A stretch of DNA of 24,967 nt from a virus (lineage: Duplodnaviria > Caudoviricetes). The DNA lies in the IMG/VR virus record IMGVR_UViG_3300020043_000013, positions 1 through 24,967 of that record. The stretch is one strand, 5' to 3'. Positions 16,707-23,143 of this stretch are shown piece after piece; the first letter of the stretch is position 1, and the number at the start of each line of letters is the position of its first letter. The notes below the pieces were generated by a model. That model had not been told where the DNA came from. It ran no database searches and saw only the letters and a program-made list of their open reading frames with translations. The position numbers and the translations under genes were made by a program.

Positions 16707-16752
16707 GGGCGGTACTAACATTCGTCCGACATTGCTGTCTGCTTTCCCGCCC
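16707..16752 (-). ncRNA. Candidate structured RNA element with bulged-G (loop E) motif and GNRA tetraloop
   Basis: GGGCGG-GAA-AGCA-GACA-GCAA-UGUC-GGACGAA-UGUU-AGUA-CCGCCC. Confidence 0.5.
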
Positions 16753-16766
16753 GTTAACATTAAATT

Positions 16767-17012
16767 TTAGAAAGGCGCATCGTCAAAGTCTTCTCTTACA
16801 GATCGCTTTGTTGGTGCTTTAGCTTCTTTCTGATCTTTAGCTTTGATAGACAAAGACATGAATTTAGTTCCATCTTTGCCCTCTTTTAACCATGCGCTAA
16901 TCCAGAAATCTACACCCTCTACATTGAGTGAGCCTTTGTAATGAGGAAACTTCTCATCATCCCTGCGGTCGTTCTTCCATAACGCACCACGATTTTCATT
17001 GTTGTATTCCAT
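16767..17012 (-). CDS. Small single-stranded DNA-binding protein-like
   Basis: Aromatic beta-rich core; acidic C-terminal tail ending DFDDAPF (SSB-Ct-like); directly downstream of the annealase. Confidence 0.65.
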   Translation of the reverse strand: MEYNNENRGALWKNDRRDDEKFPHYKGSLNVEGVDFWISAWLKEGKDGTKFMSLSIKAKDQKEAKAPTKRSVREDFDDAPF

Positions 17013-17627
17013 TTATAACTCCTTAGCTTTCTTCAAAGCGCTACGCACCTTGCTTGGCAAGAGTGTCCATAACGCTACCTTTTGTGAATCGTCTAATTTC
17101 TCAGACTCCAACTTCAACCAAGCATCCTTGGATTGATCTTTTTCGCAAGAATCAATTAAATCCATTGCTAACTCTTGCAAGTACTGTAGTTCCTCTGGAG
17201 GAATGTTGTCTGTTGCACCCTGTGTAGGTGTGATGATGACCTTTTCTTTTGTGCTTTCTTCTGGCAAGTCTTCACCAGCATAGATGTACAAACCAAGACC
17301 ATGCAAGCTAAGTGCTTTTGTCATGCAGCGCATGATTGCTGTGTTTACTTGGAAAGCATCAGGACTAGGAATTGCTTTGTTGCGGTAGTCCATTACTGGC
17401 AACTGGCAAGTCATTGGCTTGTCAAACATTGTGACTGTGACCCAAACCATTGATGTGCCATTAATATCCATAAAGCATTTATCGCCAAACATCTCTACTT
17501 TAAAAGTAGCCTTTGGGTCTGCCTTAAGAGCCTCTGCCCATGCCCATGCCCACGATAAGTAGGTCAGATTATTTTTCTTTTCGGTATGTGCGTTTACATC
17601 CGTTTTAAGTAGTGCTTCAATTGACAT
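17013..17627 (-). CDS. Sak3/DUF1071-like single-strand annealing protein
   Basis: EKKN.LTYLSWAWAW; MV.V.VT......LPVMDYRNK; N..IMRC..KA...HGLGLYIYAGEDLP. Confidence 0.85.
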   Translation of the reverse strand: MSIEALLKTDVNAHTEKKNNLTYLSWAWAWAEALKADPKATFKVEMFGDKCFMDINGTSMVWVTVTMFDKPMTCQLPVMDYRNKAIPSPDAFQVNTAIMRCMTKALSLHGLGLYIYAGEDLPEESTKEKVIITPTQGATDNIPPEELQYLQELAMDLIDSCEKDQSKDAWLKLESEKLDDSQKVALWTLLPSKVRSALKKAKEL

Positions 17628-18198
17628 CTTGATTCCTTTTGGTTTCTCTTATTAACTTCATTTTTAACTTTGTTTCTTCTGTATGAGGAATTCCTAATCG
17701 GTTTTTATTCCCCATCCTAGAGATTGCCATATTTTTTCTTGCTTCCTCAGTAAACGGCTTTCTTTTTTTACCAAGTTTTGCAAGAGAAATTTTCTTTTTT
17801 GTTTCTTCAGATACTGGATTCTTTGGACGCATCCGTCTTTGTATCCATGCTTCTTTTAACTTAGCTTTTGTTTCTTCTGTATGCTTTATTCCTTTTCCTC
17901 CAATTACAGAAGGGCTAATGTTAAACCCATTTGTAACAGCGTCAAGTTTTGTTAACAGCAATTGTTCATAAAACAACACATCATCTTTAGAGCAAATTAA
18001 CAATGTTTGGAATTGAAAATTTTGCTCACCATATTTATTCCATGCTCTTTGCAGTTTTGAATTTCTATGCTTGTTTTTTCTTAAGCAGCTTAGATGCGTT
18101 CTTTTTCTTTGTATCAAACTATGTGCGCTACCAATGTAGAATTTTCCAGTTTGCAAACAAGAAATTTTGTAAACACCAGTTTCTTTGGTATCCATCAT
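17617..18198 (-). CDS. GIY-YIG homing endonuclease with NUMOD3 repeats (Seg/I-TevI-like)
   Basis: GVY.I......YIGSA....R...H; EQ; GFN; HTEETK.K, SEETKKKIS, TEEARKNM, HTEETKLKM; start is ATGA-coupled to the upstream stop. Confidence 0.92.
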   Translation of the reverse strand: MMDTKETGVYKISCLQTGKFYIGSAHSLIQRKRTHLSCLRKNKHRNSKLQRAWNKYGEQNFQFQTLLICSKDDVLFYEQLLLTKLDAVTNGFNISPSVIGGKGIKHTEETKAKLKEAWIQRRMRPKNPVSEETKKKISLAKLGKKRKPFTEEARKNMAISRMGNKNRLGIPHTEETKLKMKLIRETKRNQDVN

Positions 18199-18368
18199 TC
18201 TTCCTTTAAGTATTCTTCGATCATTGCTTCTTGGTCTTCTTCGTAGAGATCGCCAAACTCTACAAAGTGATTTTCTGCACAGCATGAGCCGTATGTCTTT
18301 GGTTCAGTACAGTAAACGCAGTAAAGCGGCCCTGTTAAATCCTTGATAGCGTCTTGCCTAGTAATCAT
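18195..18368 (-). CDS. Small Cys-rich acidic hypothetical protein
   Basis: YCVYC...SCC.ENHF; ATGA-coupled start at 18368. Confidence 0.65.
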   Translation of the reverse strand: MITRQDAIKDLTGPLYCVYCTEPKTYGSCCAENHFVEFGDLYEEDQEAMIEEYLKEE

Positions 18369-18523
18369 TGGATTCTTTCGATTGGCTTTGCAACTAACCA
18401 CTTGTCACCAAGTTTAAGAACAGACCTGACCCACTTGCGTTGGTTGTACTGGTTGACTTCTTGAGGCACTTGGCTGTTGTTATAAAGCTGTCTTGCTTTG
18501 CGTCTTAATTGCTCTGTTTGCAT
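18365..18523 (-). CDS. Hypothetical basic 52-aa early protein
   Basis: MQTEQLRRKARQLY...YNQRKWVRSVLKLGDKWL; TAATG coupling, GGAG RBS. Confidence 0.65.
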   Translation of the reverse strand: MQTEQLRRKARQLYNNSQVPQEVNQYNQRKWVRSVLKLGDKWLVAKPIERIQ

Positions 18524-18615
18524 TAGCCTCTCCATGCGAGCATTACGCCCCAACCGCCAAAGATTACGATTGCTAACAAGCACTCAACTAGCGTTTGAAT
18601 AATCTTACTTTTCAT
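18523..18615 (-). CDS. 30-aa single-TM peptide, first gene of the leftward operon (not in ORF track)
   Basis: MKSKIIQTLVECLLAIVIFGGWGVMLAWRG; strong AAGGAG RBS. Confidence 0.65.
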   Translation of the reverse strand: MKSKIIQTLVECLLAIVIFGGWGVMLAWRG

Positions 18616-18630
18616 TTGGTTCTCCTTAAT

Positions 18631-18714
18631 TACCCTTGCGATCTGCTTGGGCTGAGATGAAGTATATCAAAGTAAACAGACATAACAACAACTATTTACT
18701 AAGTATTTTCCCTA
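18631..18714 (-). promoter_or_regulatory. Leftward early promoter with upstream TAGG-N7-CYTA site and 26-nt leader element
   Basis: TAGGGAAAATACTTA (18714-18700); TG-a-TATACT extended -10 (hexamer 18666-18661); leader CTCAGCCCAAGCAGATCGCAAGGGTA. Confidence 0.7.
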
Positions 18715-18727
18715 GTGTATCTTTCTT

Positions 18728-18761
18728 TCAACAAACTGTTGACTTTGCTATACTTCAGGAA
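18728..18761 (+). promoter_or_regulatory. Rightward promoter with overlapping palindromic operator
   Basis: TCAACA-aac-TGTTGA (18728-18742); TG-c-TATACT (hexamer 18749-18754); ATG 6 nt later. Confidence 0.7.
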
Positions 18762-18931
18762 TGGATAAACAAACCGCTGTAAAACTCGCTGGCTCACAAA
18801 GTGCGCTTGGCAGAATCTTTGGCATTAAGAGGGCTGCTGTCCATCATTGGAAGACAATCCCTCCTCTACGCCTATACCAACTAAAAGAACTCAGACCAGA
18901 GTGGTTTAATGACACAAGCAAAAGTAATTAA
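18761..18931 (+). CDS. cro: Cro-like HTH regulator (not in ORF track)
   Basis: MDKQTAVKLAGSQSALGRIFGIKRAAVHHWKTIPPLRLYQLKELRPEWF: P22/N15 Cro-like pattern G....LA...GI...AV..W..IP..R..QL. Confidence 0.85.
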   Translation: MDKQTAVKLAGSQSALGRIFGIKRAAVHHWKTIPPLRLYQLKELRPEWFNDTSKSN

Positions 18932-19265
18932 AGCCCTACAGAATGGCCCATTGACCTCCCATGAGGTAGCTAACCTGACTGGTATGCCACAGGCCACAGT
19001 TCTGTCAACAGCTAAGAAGCTACGCCATAAAGGTGATCTAACGACTGAGATTATCAAAGTCGGTAGCCATTGGGTTGCCCAGTACACGCTAAACGATAGC
19101 CTGATTGAGCATAAAAAGAAGGATGACGAGGATACGCGCTGCAAACTAAACCCATTTGACATTCGTAACGCCAAGGGCATTTTCACCCCTGCTGAGTACA
19201 GAGTGATGAACGCTCAGGCAAAAAGATTGTTTAAAGGCAATCCAAGTTTTACAGCAAGCAGATAA
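18909..19265 (+). CDS. Winged-helix HTH protein
   Basis: VIKALQNGPLTSHEVANLTGMPQATVLSTAKKL...G; between cro and the replication gene. Confidence 0.7.
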   Translation: MTQAKVIKALQNGPLTSHEVANLTGMPQATVLSTAKKLRHKGDLTTEIIKVGSHWVAQYTLNDSLIEHKKKDDEDTRCKLNPFDIRNAKGIFTPAEYRVMNAQAKRLFKGNPSFTASR

Positions 19266-19276
19266 TTTGCTACAAT
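19248..19276 (+). promoter_or_regulatory. Sigma70 promoter for the replication gene
   Basis: TTTACA-N17-TACAAT with TG extension. Confidence 0.7.
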
Positions 19277-19281
19277 GTTTT

Positions 19282-19347
19282 GAAACACGGCTAGGTCTGA
19301 AGTCATGAGCAGACCGAAAAGAGAACTCCCCTCCTGCCGATTGTTTC
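19282..19347 (+). ncRNA. Candidate cis-regulatory three-way-junction RNA in the initiator 5' UTR
   Basis: GAAACA/TGTTTC and CGGC/GCCG outer stem; GGTCTG/CAGACC and GAG/CTC inner hairpins joined by GAAAA. Confidence 0.55.
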
Positions 19348-19374
19348 TTTCTGGGAGATTTGCGGAGAAGTGTT

Positions 19375-20133
19375 ATGCACTATTTTCAATTTAATATTGG
19401 CGACTACATTAAAAATACTATCCATCTTTCTTTATTGGAAGACTTGGCTTATAGGCGACTTTTAGATCATTACTATGATTCTGAAAAACCAATACCCAAC
19501 GATATCCCAATGGTTTCAAGAAAGATGCGTTTGGATTCAGATGTTATTCAAAGTGTCTTAAATGAGTTTTTTGTATTGACGCCTGATGGGTATAGAAACC
19601 ATCGTGCAGACCTTGAAATTGCAAGTTATCACGAATACATGGCAAAGCAAAAAGCTAATGGTAGCAAGGGTGGTAGACCGAAGAAAACCCAAACAAAACC
19701 CATCGCTAACCCAAGTGAAACCCAAAATAACCCTAAACAACAACCACTAACCACTAACCATAAACCAATAGAGAAGAAGACACTCGGCAAACGCCTCCCT
19801 CAAGATTCTTGTTTGTCAAAAGAATGGGAAAAGTTTTGTGTTGACCACAGACCAGAACTAAACCCACAAAAAACATTTGATAACTTCAAAGATCATTGGA
19901 TTGCTCAATCTGGTCAAAAAGGTGTGAAGTTGGATTGGGATGCAACTTGGCGTAATTGGGTTAGAAATACTTACGCACCTAAACAAAATCCTGCTGACAT
20001 AGTGAGGCTCACAGTTCCGTCAAAGAATGAGCCTGATGCGGCATTGGAAAAGATTAAAGCTGATGAAAAAATAACCAGACCTCCAAGCCTTGCGGAATTG
20101 GAAAGAATGGCTCAATTAAGGAGAAAAGCATGA
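19375..20133 (+). CDS. Replication initiator, DUF1376/YdaU family
   Basis: MHYFQFNIGDY...T.HL...EDLAYRRLLD.YY..E.P; NG.KGGRP; C-terminal F.DHW......K.DW.ATWRNWVRN; GGAG RBS before ATG 19375. Confidence 0.85.
   Translation: MHYFQFNIGDYIKNTIHLSLLEDLAYRRLLDHYYDSEKPIPNDIPMVSRKMRLDSDVIQSVLNEFFVLTPDGYRNHRADLEIASYHEYMAKQKANGSKGGRPKKTQTKPIANPSETQNNPKQQPLTTNHKPIEKKTLGKRLPQDSCLSKEWEKFCVDHRPELNPQKTFDNFKDHWIAQSGQKGVKLDWDATWRNWVRNTYAPKQNPADIVRLTVPSKNEPDAALEKIKADEKITRPPSLAELERMAQLRRKA
19686..19767 (+). repeat. Iteron-like repeats (putative replication origin) inside the initiator gene
   Basis: AACCC at 19686, 19697, 19708, 19719, 19729; AACCA at 19742, 19749, 19756, 19763. Confidence 0.65.
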
Positions 20134-20456
20134 GAAAAGAATTGGGAAAAATTCAAAAATTTGATGTTGGTCTTGGTGGTTATGACGGGGCAATGTTTGG
20201 TATGTCTGTCACTTTGGGAGGAAAAGGTTGGGGTGTATGTGACTTTGATGGTACATGGTCAAGAACACCTGATGAGCGTTGCCAATGGTCGATAGAAGAC
20301 CAAACAAAGTTATGGGGTGATATGTGCCGTAGAGTTGCGGAACTAATGCAAAAAGCAAAAGTTACAAGTTGTTCAGAAATGGTTGGAATACCTGTTGAAG
20401 TTGAATTTAACGGAAGTTCTTTACATTCATGGAGAATTCTTGAGGAGGTGCTTTGA
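20130..20456 (+). CDS. Hypothetical protein
   Basis: 108 aa, ATGA-coupled, AAGGAG RBS. Confidence 0.7.
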   Translation: MRKELGKIQKFDVGLGGYDGAMFGMSVTLGGKGWGVCDFDGTWSRTPDERCQWSIEDQTKLWGDMCRRVAELMQKAKVTSCSEMVGIPVEVEFNGSSLHSWRILEEVL

Positions 20457-20563
20457 ATTACTTTGACGCTATGAAACTACTAGACAAGGTGCGTGAGGGA
20501 GTGCCCTACCCTCTACACCTGATAAACAAAGCATTGGAACTTACTGGTGACTTGGAGTCGTAA
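20453..20563 (+). CDS. Hypothetical 36-aa protein (not in ORF track)
   Basis: TTG start after GAGGAGG; MNYFDAMKLLDKVREGVPYPLHLINKALELTGDLES. Confidence 0.55.
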   Translation: MNYFDAMKLLDKVREGVPYPLHLINKALELTGDLES

Positions 20564-20759
20564 AAATGTAGAAAACCCAAGCGATAGGGTAATCCTCGAG
20601 CAGTCTGAGGCTCGGGAACTCTATCGTAATTGGGAGACTACTAAGAATCGAGACTTGATTCGTGCAAGGCTAGAACGTGCTGAACGAATCTACGGCTCTG
20701 GTGCTAGAGATCGTATCCGTACCTACATGAACATGATTAAAGATGGGATGCTTGAATGA
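20547..20759 (+). CDS. Hypothetical protein
   Basis: 70-aa ORF whose stop is coupled to the next gene; start uncertain. Confidence 0.55.
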   Translation: MTWSRKNVENPSDRVILEQSEARELYRNWETTKNRDLIRARLERAERIYGSGARDRIRTYMNMIKDGMLE

Positions 20760-21340
20760 GAGTTTTAGTCGCTTGCGAATACTCTGGGACAGTCAGAGAT
20801 GCTTTTATTGCTTTAGGACATGAAGCAATGTCTTGTGACTTGCTGCCAACTGATGTTGAAGGGCCGCATTACCAAGGTGATATTTTTGATGTTCTTGATG
20901 ATGGTTGGGATTTAATGGTTGCTCACCCTCCATGCACTTACCTTTCAAATGCTGGCGCAAGACATTTGTACCCTAAAAAGTTTTTAAATCAACAAAGATA
21001 TGAACAAGGATTAGAAGCAAAAGAATTCTTTATGAAGTTGTTAACTTGCAACATCAAAAAAATCTGTGTTGAGAATCCAGTTCCATCGTCAATCTTTGGG
21101 TTGCCTAAATATCATCAAGTTATTCAGCCTTATGAGTTTGGACATCCTTATCAAAAGAAAACTTGTCTTTGGTTAAAAAACTTACCGCCATTGATGGCAA
21201 CTATGTATGTGCAAAAACAAGAAAGCACTAAAGTTGTTGGTAATTGGTTTAATGCTGGTGGTAAAGATAGACAAAAAAATAGAGCAAAAACTTTTGAAGG
21301 AATAGCTACAGCAATGGCAAACCAATGGGGTGCAGTATGA
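20756..21340 (+). CDS. Compact DNA cytosine-C5 methyltransferase-like protein
   Basis: VLVACEYSG (variant motif I), SCDL, GD, AHPPCT (catalytic PC), ENP, QPYEFG...K.T.LWL. Confidence 0.75.
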   Translation: MRVLVACEYSGTVRDAFIALGHEAMSCDLLPTDVEGPHYQGDIFDVLDDGWDLMVAHPPCTYLSNAGARHLYPKKFLNQQRYEQGLEAKEFFMKLLTCNIKKICVENPVPSSIFGLPKYHQVIQPYEFGHPYQKKTCLWLKNLPPLMATMYVQKQESTKVVGNWFNAGGKDRQKNRAKTFEGIATAMANQWGAV

Positions 21341-21603
21341 GATACGCAGCTAGGGTCGATGCAAATCAAACGCAGATAGTTAGCGCATTGAGGGCGGCAG
21401 GGGCTTATGTTTGGATTATTGGCCTACCTGTTGATCTTTTGGTTGGCTACAAATCTCATACCTTTCTGGTTGAATTGAAATCAGGGCCTAGAAAGCGTTT
21501 AACCAAGCTACAAGCCGACTTTTTCGAGAATTGGTCTGGAAGTACCTTGGCAAGAATAGATAGTCCAGAAGCGGCATTAAGAATGATCGGGGTTGTCAAA
21601 TGA
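21337..21603 (+). CDS. VRR-NUC-like PD-(D/E)xK nuclease
   Basis: AARVDANQ..IV.ALR..GA; PVDLLVG......VELK......LT..Q..F...W. Confidence 0.7.
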   Translation: MRYAARVDANQTQIVSALRAAGAYVWIIGLPVDLLVGYKSHTFLVELKSGPRKRLTKLQADFFENWSGSTLARIDSPEAALRMIGVVK

Positions 21604-21932
21604 AAGCACCTTACAAAGCAATTGAATTTATCCTTGAGCAAGCACCTAAGTATGCGGAAGCTAAAGCCCAAAGAATCTACCTTGAGGAATTTCGTAAGAC
21701 CAAGAAAGCCTTGTTGATGAAAGAGGCCATGGGTAAAGGATTCGACTCAGCCGTAGCTCAAGAGCGTGAGGCCTATGCCCACTACGAATATCAAGAGTTA
21801 TTGCAAGGCTTACAGGTAGCCATTGAAAAAGAGGAAACCCTAAAGTGGAAACTTACTGCTGCCCAAATGAAGTCGGACATTTGGCGATCAGAACAAGCAA
21901 GTGAGCGTCTTGGCGTAAAAACCACAGAGTAG
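21600..21932 (+). CDS. Hypothetical coiled-coil protein
   Basis: 110 aa, ATGA-coupled; YLEEFRK.KKA.LM, QEREAYAH. Confidence 0.7.
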   Translation: MKAPYKAIEFILEQAPKYAEAKAQRIYLEEFRKTKKALLMKEAMGKGFDSAVAQEREAYAHYEYQELLQGLQVAIEKEETLKWKLTAAQMKSDIWRSEQASERLGVKTTE

Positions 21933-22011
21933 GGAAAGTACCTATAAAAAAGTTTCTATTGACGTTTAGAAAACTATACAATGCACTCAGCCCAAGCAAT
22001 TCGCAAGGGTA
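21930..22011 (+). promoter_or_regulatory. Internal promoter with the same architecture as the leftward early promoter
   Basis: TAGGGAAAGTACCTA (21930-21944); TACAAT (21977-21982); leader CTCAGCCCAAGCAATTCGCAAGGGTA (21986-22011); TAAGGA RBS. Confidence 0.7.
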
Positions 22012-22028
22012 CTTTTAAGGAATAAGTC

Positions 22029-22292
22029 ATGGAACACGAATTCAAATTTGAAACAACTACTGGTGCTGGTGACGAGACTGTGCAATGTGTCTTGACATAC
22101 GAGACTGACGAGGAAGGCACTTACGCTGAGAATCTCAAGTCAATTCACTACCAAGGTGTAGATGTGTTTGCTTTGCTGTCTGATGAGCAATTTGTAGAGA
22201 TTGAGATGCGTGGCACGATGATGTTGTCAAGCCATCTTGTTGCAGAAGCAGATCATTCCAAAACTGTCGAATACGACATGAGGGCAGTCTAA
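22029..22292 (+). CDS. Acidic hypothetical protein
   Basis: 87 aa, Glu/Asp-rich, good RBS. Confidence 0.7.
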   Translation: MEHEFKFETTTGAGDETVQCVLTYETDEEGTYAENLKSIHYQGVDVFALLSDEQFVEIEMRGTMMLSSHLVAEADHSKTVEYDMRAV

Positions 22293-22441
22293 TGATTATC
22301 GGATGCAAACCAGTCTTAATTGGTTCTAAATGCCAGAACTGCAAGAGACTGGTATCCGATGCCAAGTTCTATGTGAATGTAAAGAGTTCTAAGGACTTGG
22401 CTTGCATCTACATACCTATTTCATTACAAGTAAAAAAATGA
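22292..22441 (+). CDS. Hypothetical 49-aa Cys-containing protein (not in ORF track)
   Basis: MIIGCKPVLIGSKCQNCKRL...; TAATG and ATGA coupling. Confidence 0.55.
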   Translation: MIIGCKPVLIGSKCQNCKRLVSDAKFYVNVKSSKDLACIYIPISLQVKK

Positions 22442-22629
22442 TGCCTCCAATAGACTTAGGCGCAACACACTCAGCCAACAAATTCAAGTTCTGTTCTATG
22501 TGCGACACAACAAAGCCTCCAGAGGGTGGCATTGAGATTGGCGCTAAATGGAACTGTCAAGCCTGTTGGTTAAAGCGAATCACAGGCGTACACCTTAAAC
22601 AAAACCGAATTAACGGAGGTGCTAAATGA
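22438..22629 (+). CDS. Small zinc-finger-like protein
   Basis: CSMC...KPPEGG...W.CQAC; ATGA-coupled start at 22438. Confidence 0.65.
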   Translation: MMPPIDLGATHSANKFKFCSMCDTTKPPEGGIEIGAKWNCQACWLKRITGVHLKQNRINGGAK

Positions 22630-22790
22630 ATAGGAGGCAAATAGCATATTTGCATATTATTTTTTTGCCATTTGTTATATCTGCATCTATTGAGTTTTTA
22701 CCATCTTGGCTGAATTTTCCTATTGCTTTGCTTGGTGGAATGATGTGGTTCGGTGCTTGTTTAATTGTTGCTGAAAAGGGGCAAGAATGA
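22626..22790 (+). CDS. 54-aa two-TM membrane protein (not in ORF track)
   Basis: MNRRQIAYLHIIFLPFVISASIEFLPSWLNFPIALLGGMMWFGACLIVAEKGQE; GGAGG RBS; ATGA coupling at both ends. Confidence 0.65.
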   Translation: MNRRQIAYLHIIFLPFVISASIEFLPSWLNFPIALLGGMMWFGACLIVAEKGQE

Positions 22791-23143
22791 CTAAGTATGA
22801 AGCTCTCAAATTAGCATTAGAGGCATTTAACAATTTAGCCGCTTGGAATGATGGTGAAGTTGGAAGCCACATGGATGAGCCTTATTCAGCTAAAGTTGCA
22901 AGAGAAGCAATCACCGCCATTAAAGCCGCACTAGAAGCGAAAGAAGAGCCTTGGGAGAAGTTCTGCGATTCAAATTGTGTATGGACTGACCATCATCCTG
23001 ATTGCAAATTAGCACAGCGCACATGGGTAGGGCTGACGGATAAGGAAGTTACATGGCTTTGCAATACAGCCAAGTCACACGAGCAGACATGGGGAATGTT
23101 CGTCCGAGCCATTGAAACCAAACTCAAGGAAAAGAACACATGA
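22787..23143 (+). CDS. Modular hypothetical phage protein
   Basis: EALKLALEA...AITAIKAALE N-terminal block and RTWVGLTD.E...RAIE.KLKEKN C-terminal block. Confidence 0.7.
   Translation: MTKYEALKLALEAFNNLAAWNDGEVGSHMDEPYSAKVAREAITAIKAALEAKEEPWEKFCDSNCVWTDHHPDCKLAQRTWVGLTDKEVTWLCNTAKSHEQTWGMFVRAIETKLKEKNT

Noticed and set aside
18199-18285. Longer N-termini given by the ORF track (18285, 18401, 18583, 12898, 19360, 21325, 22402, 16397)
   Set aside because: Downstream ATGs with stop-start coupling or a proper RBS fit better, and most extensions overlap upstream genes
19296-19320. CTGA...GAAA resembling a hammerhead ribozyme core
   Set aside because: The sequence is CUGAAGU, not CUGANGA, and CUG is paired in a stem; the junction geometry does not fit
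20756-21603. C5 methyltransferase plus adjacent nuclease as a restriction-modification pair
   Set aside because: The nuclease is an 88-aa VRR-NUC-like protein typical of phage recombination/resolution, too small for a site-specific restriction enzyme
21959-21982. TTGACG as the -35 box for TACAAT; similarly TTGACA 13757 and TTGACT 18739
   Set aside because: Spacers are 12, 4 and 4 nt, incompatible with sigma70 geometry
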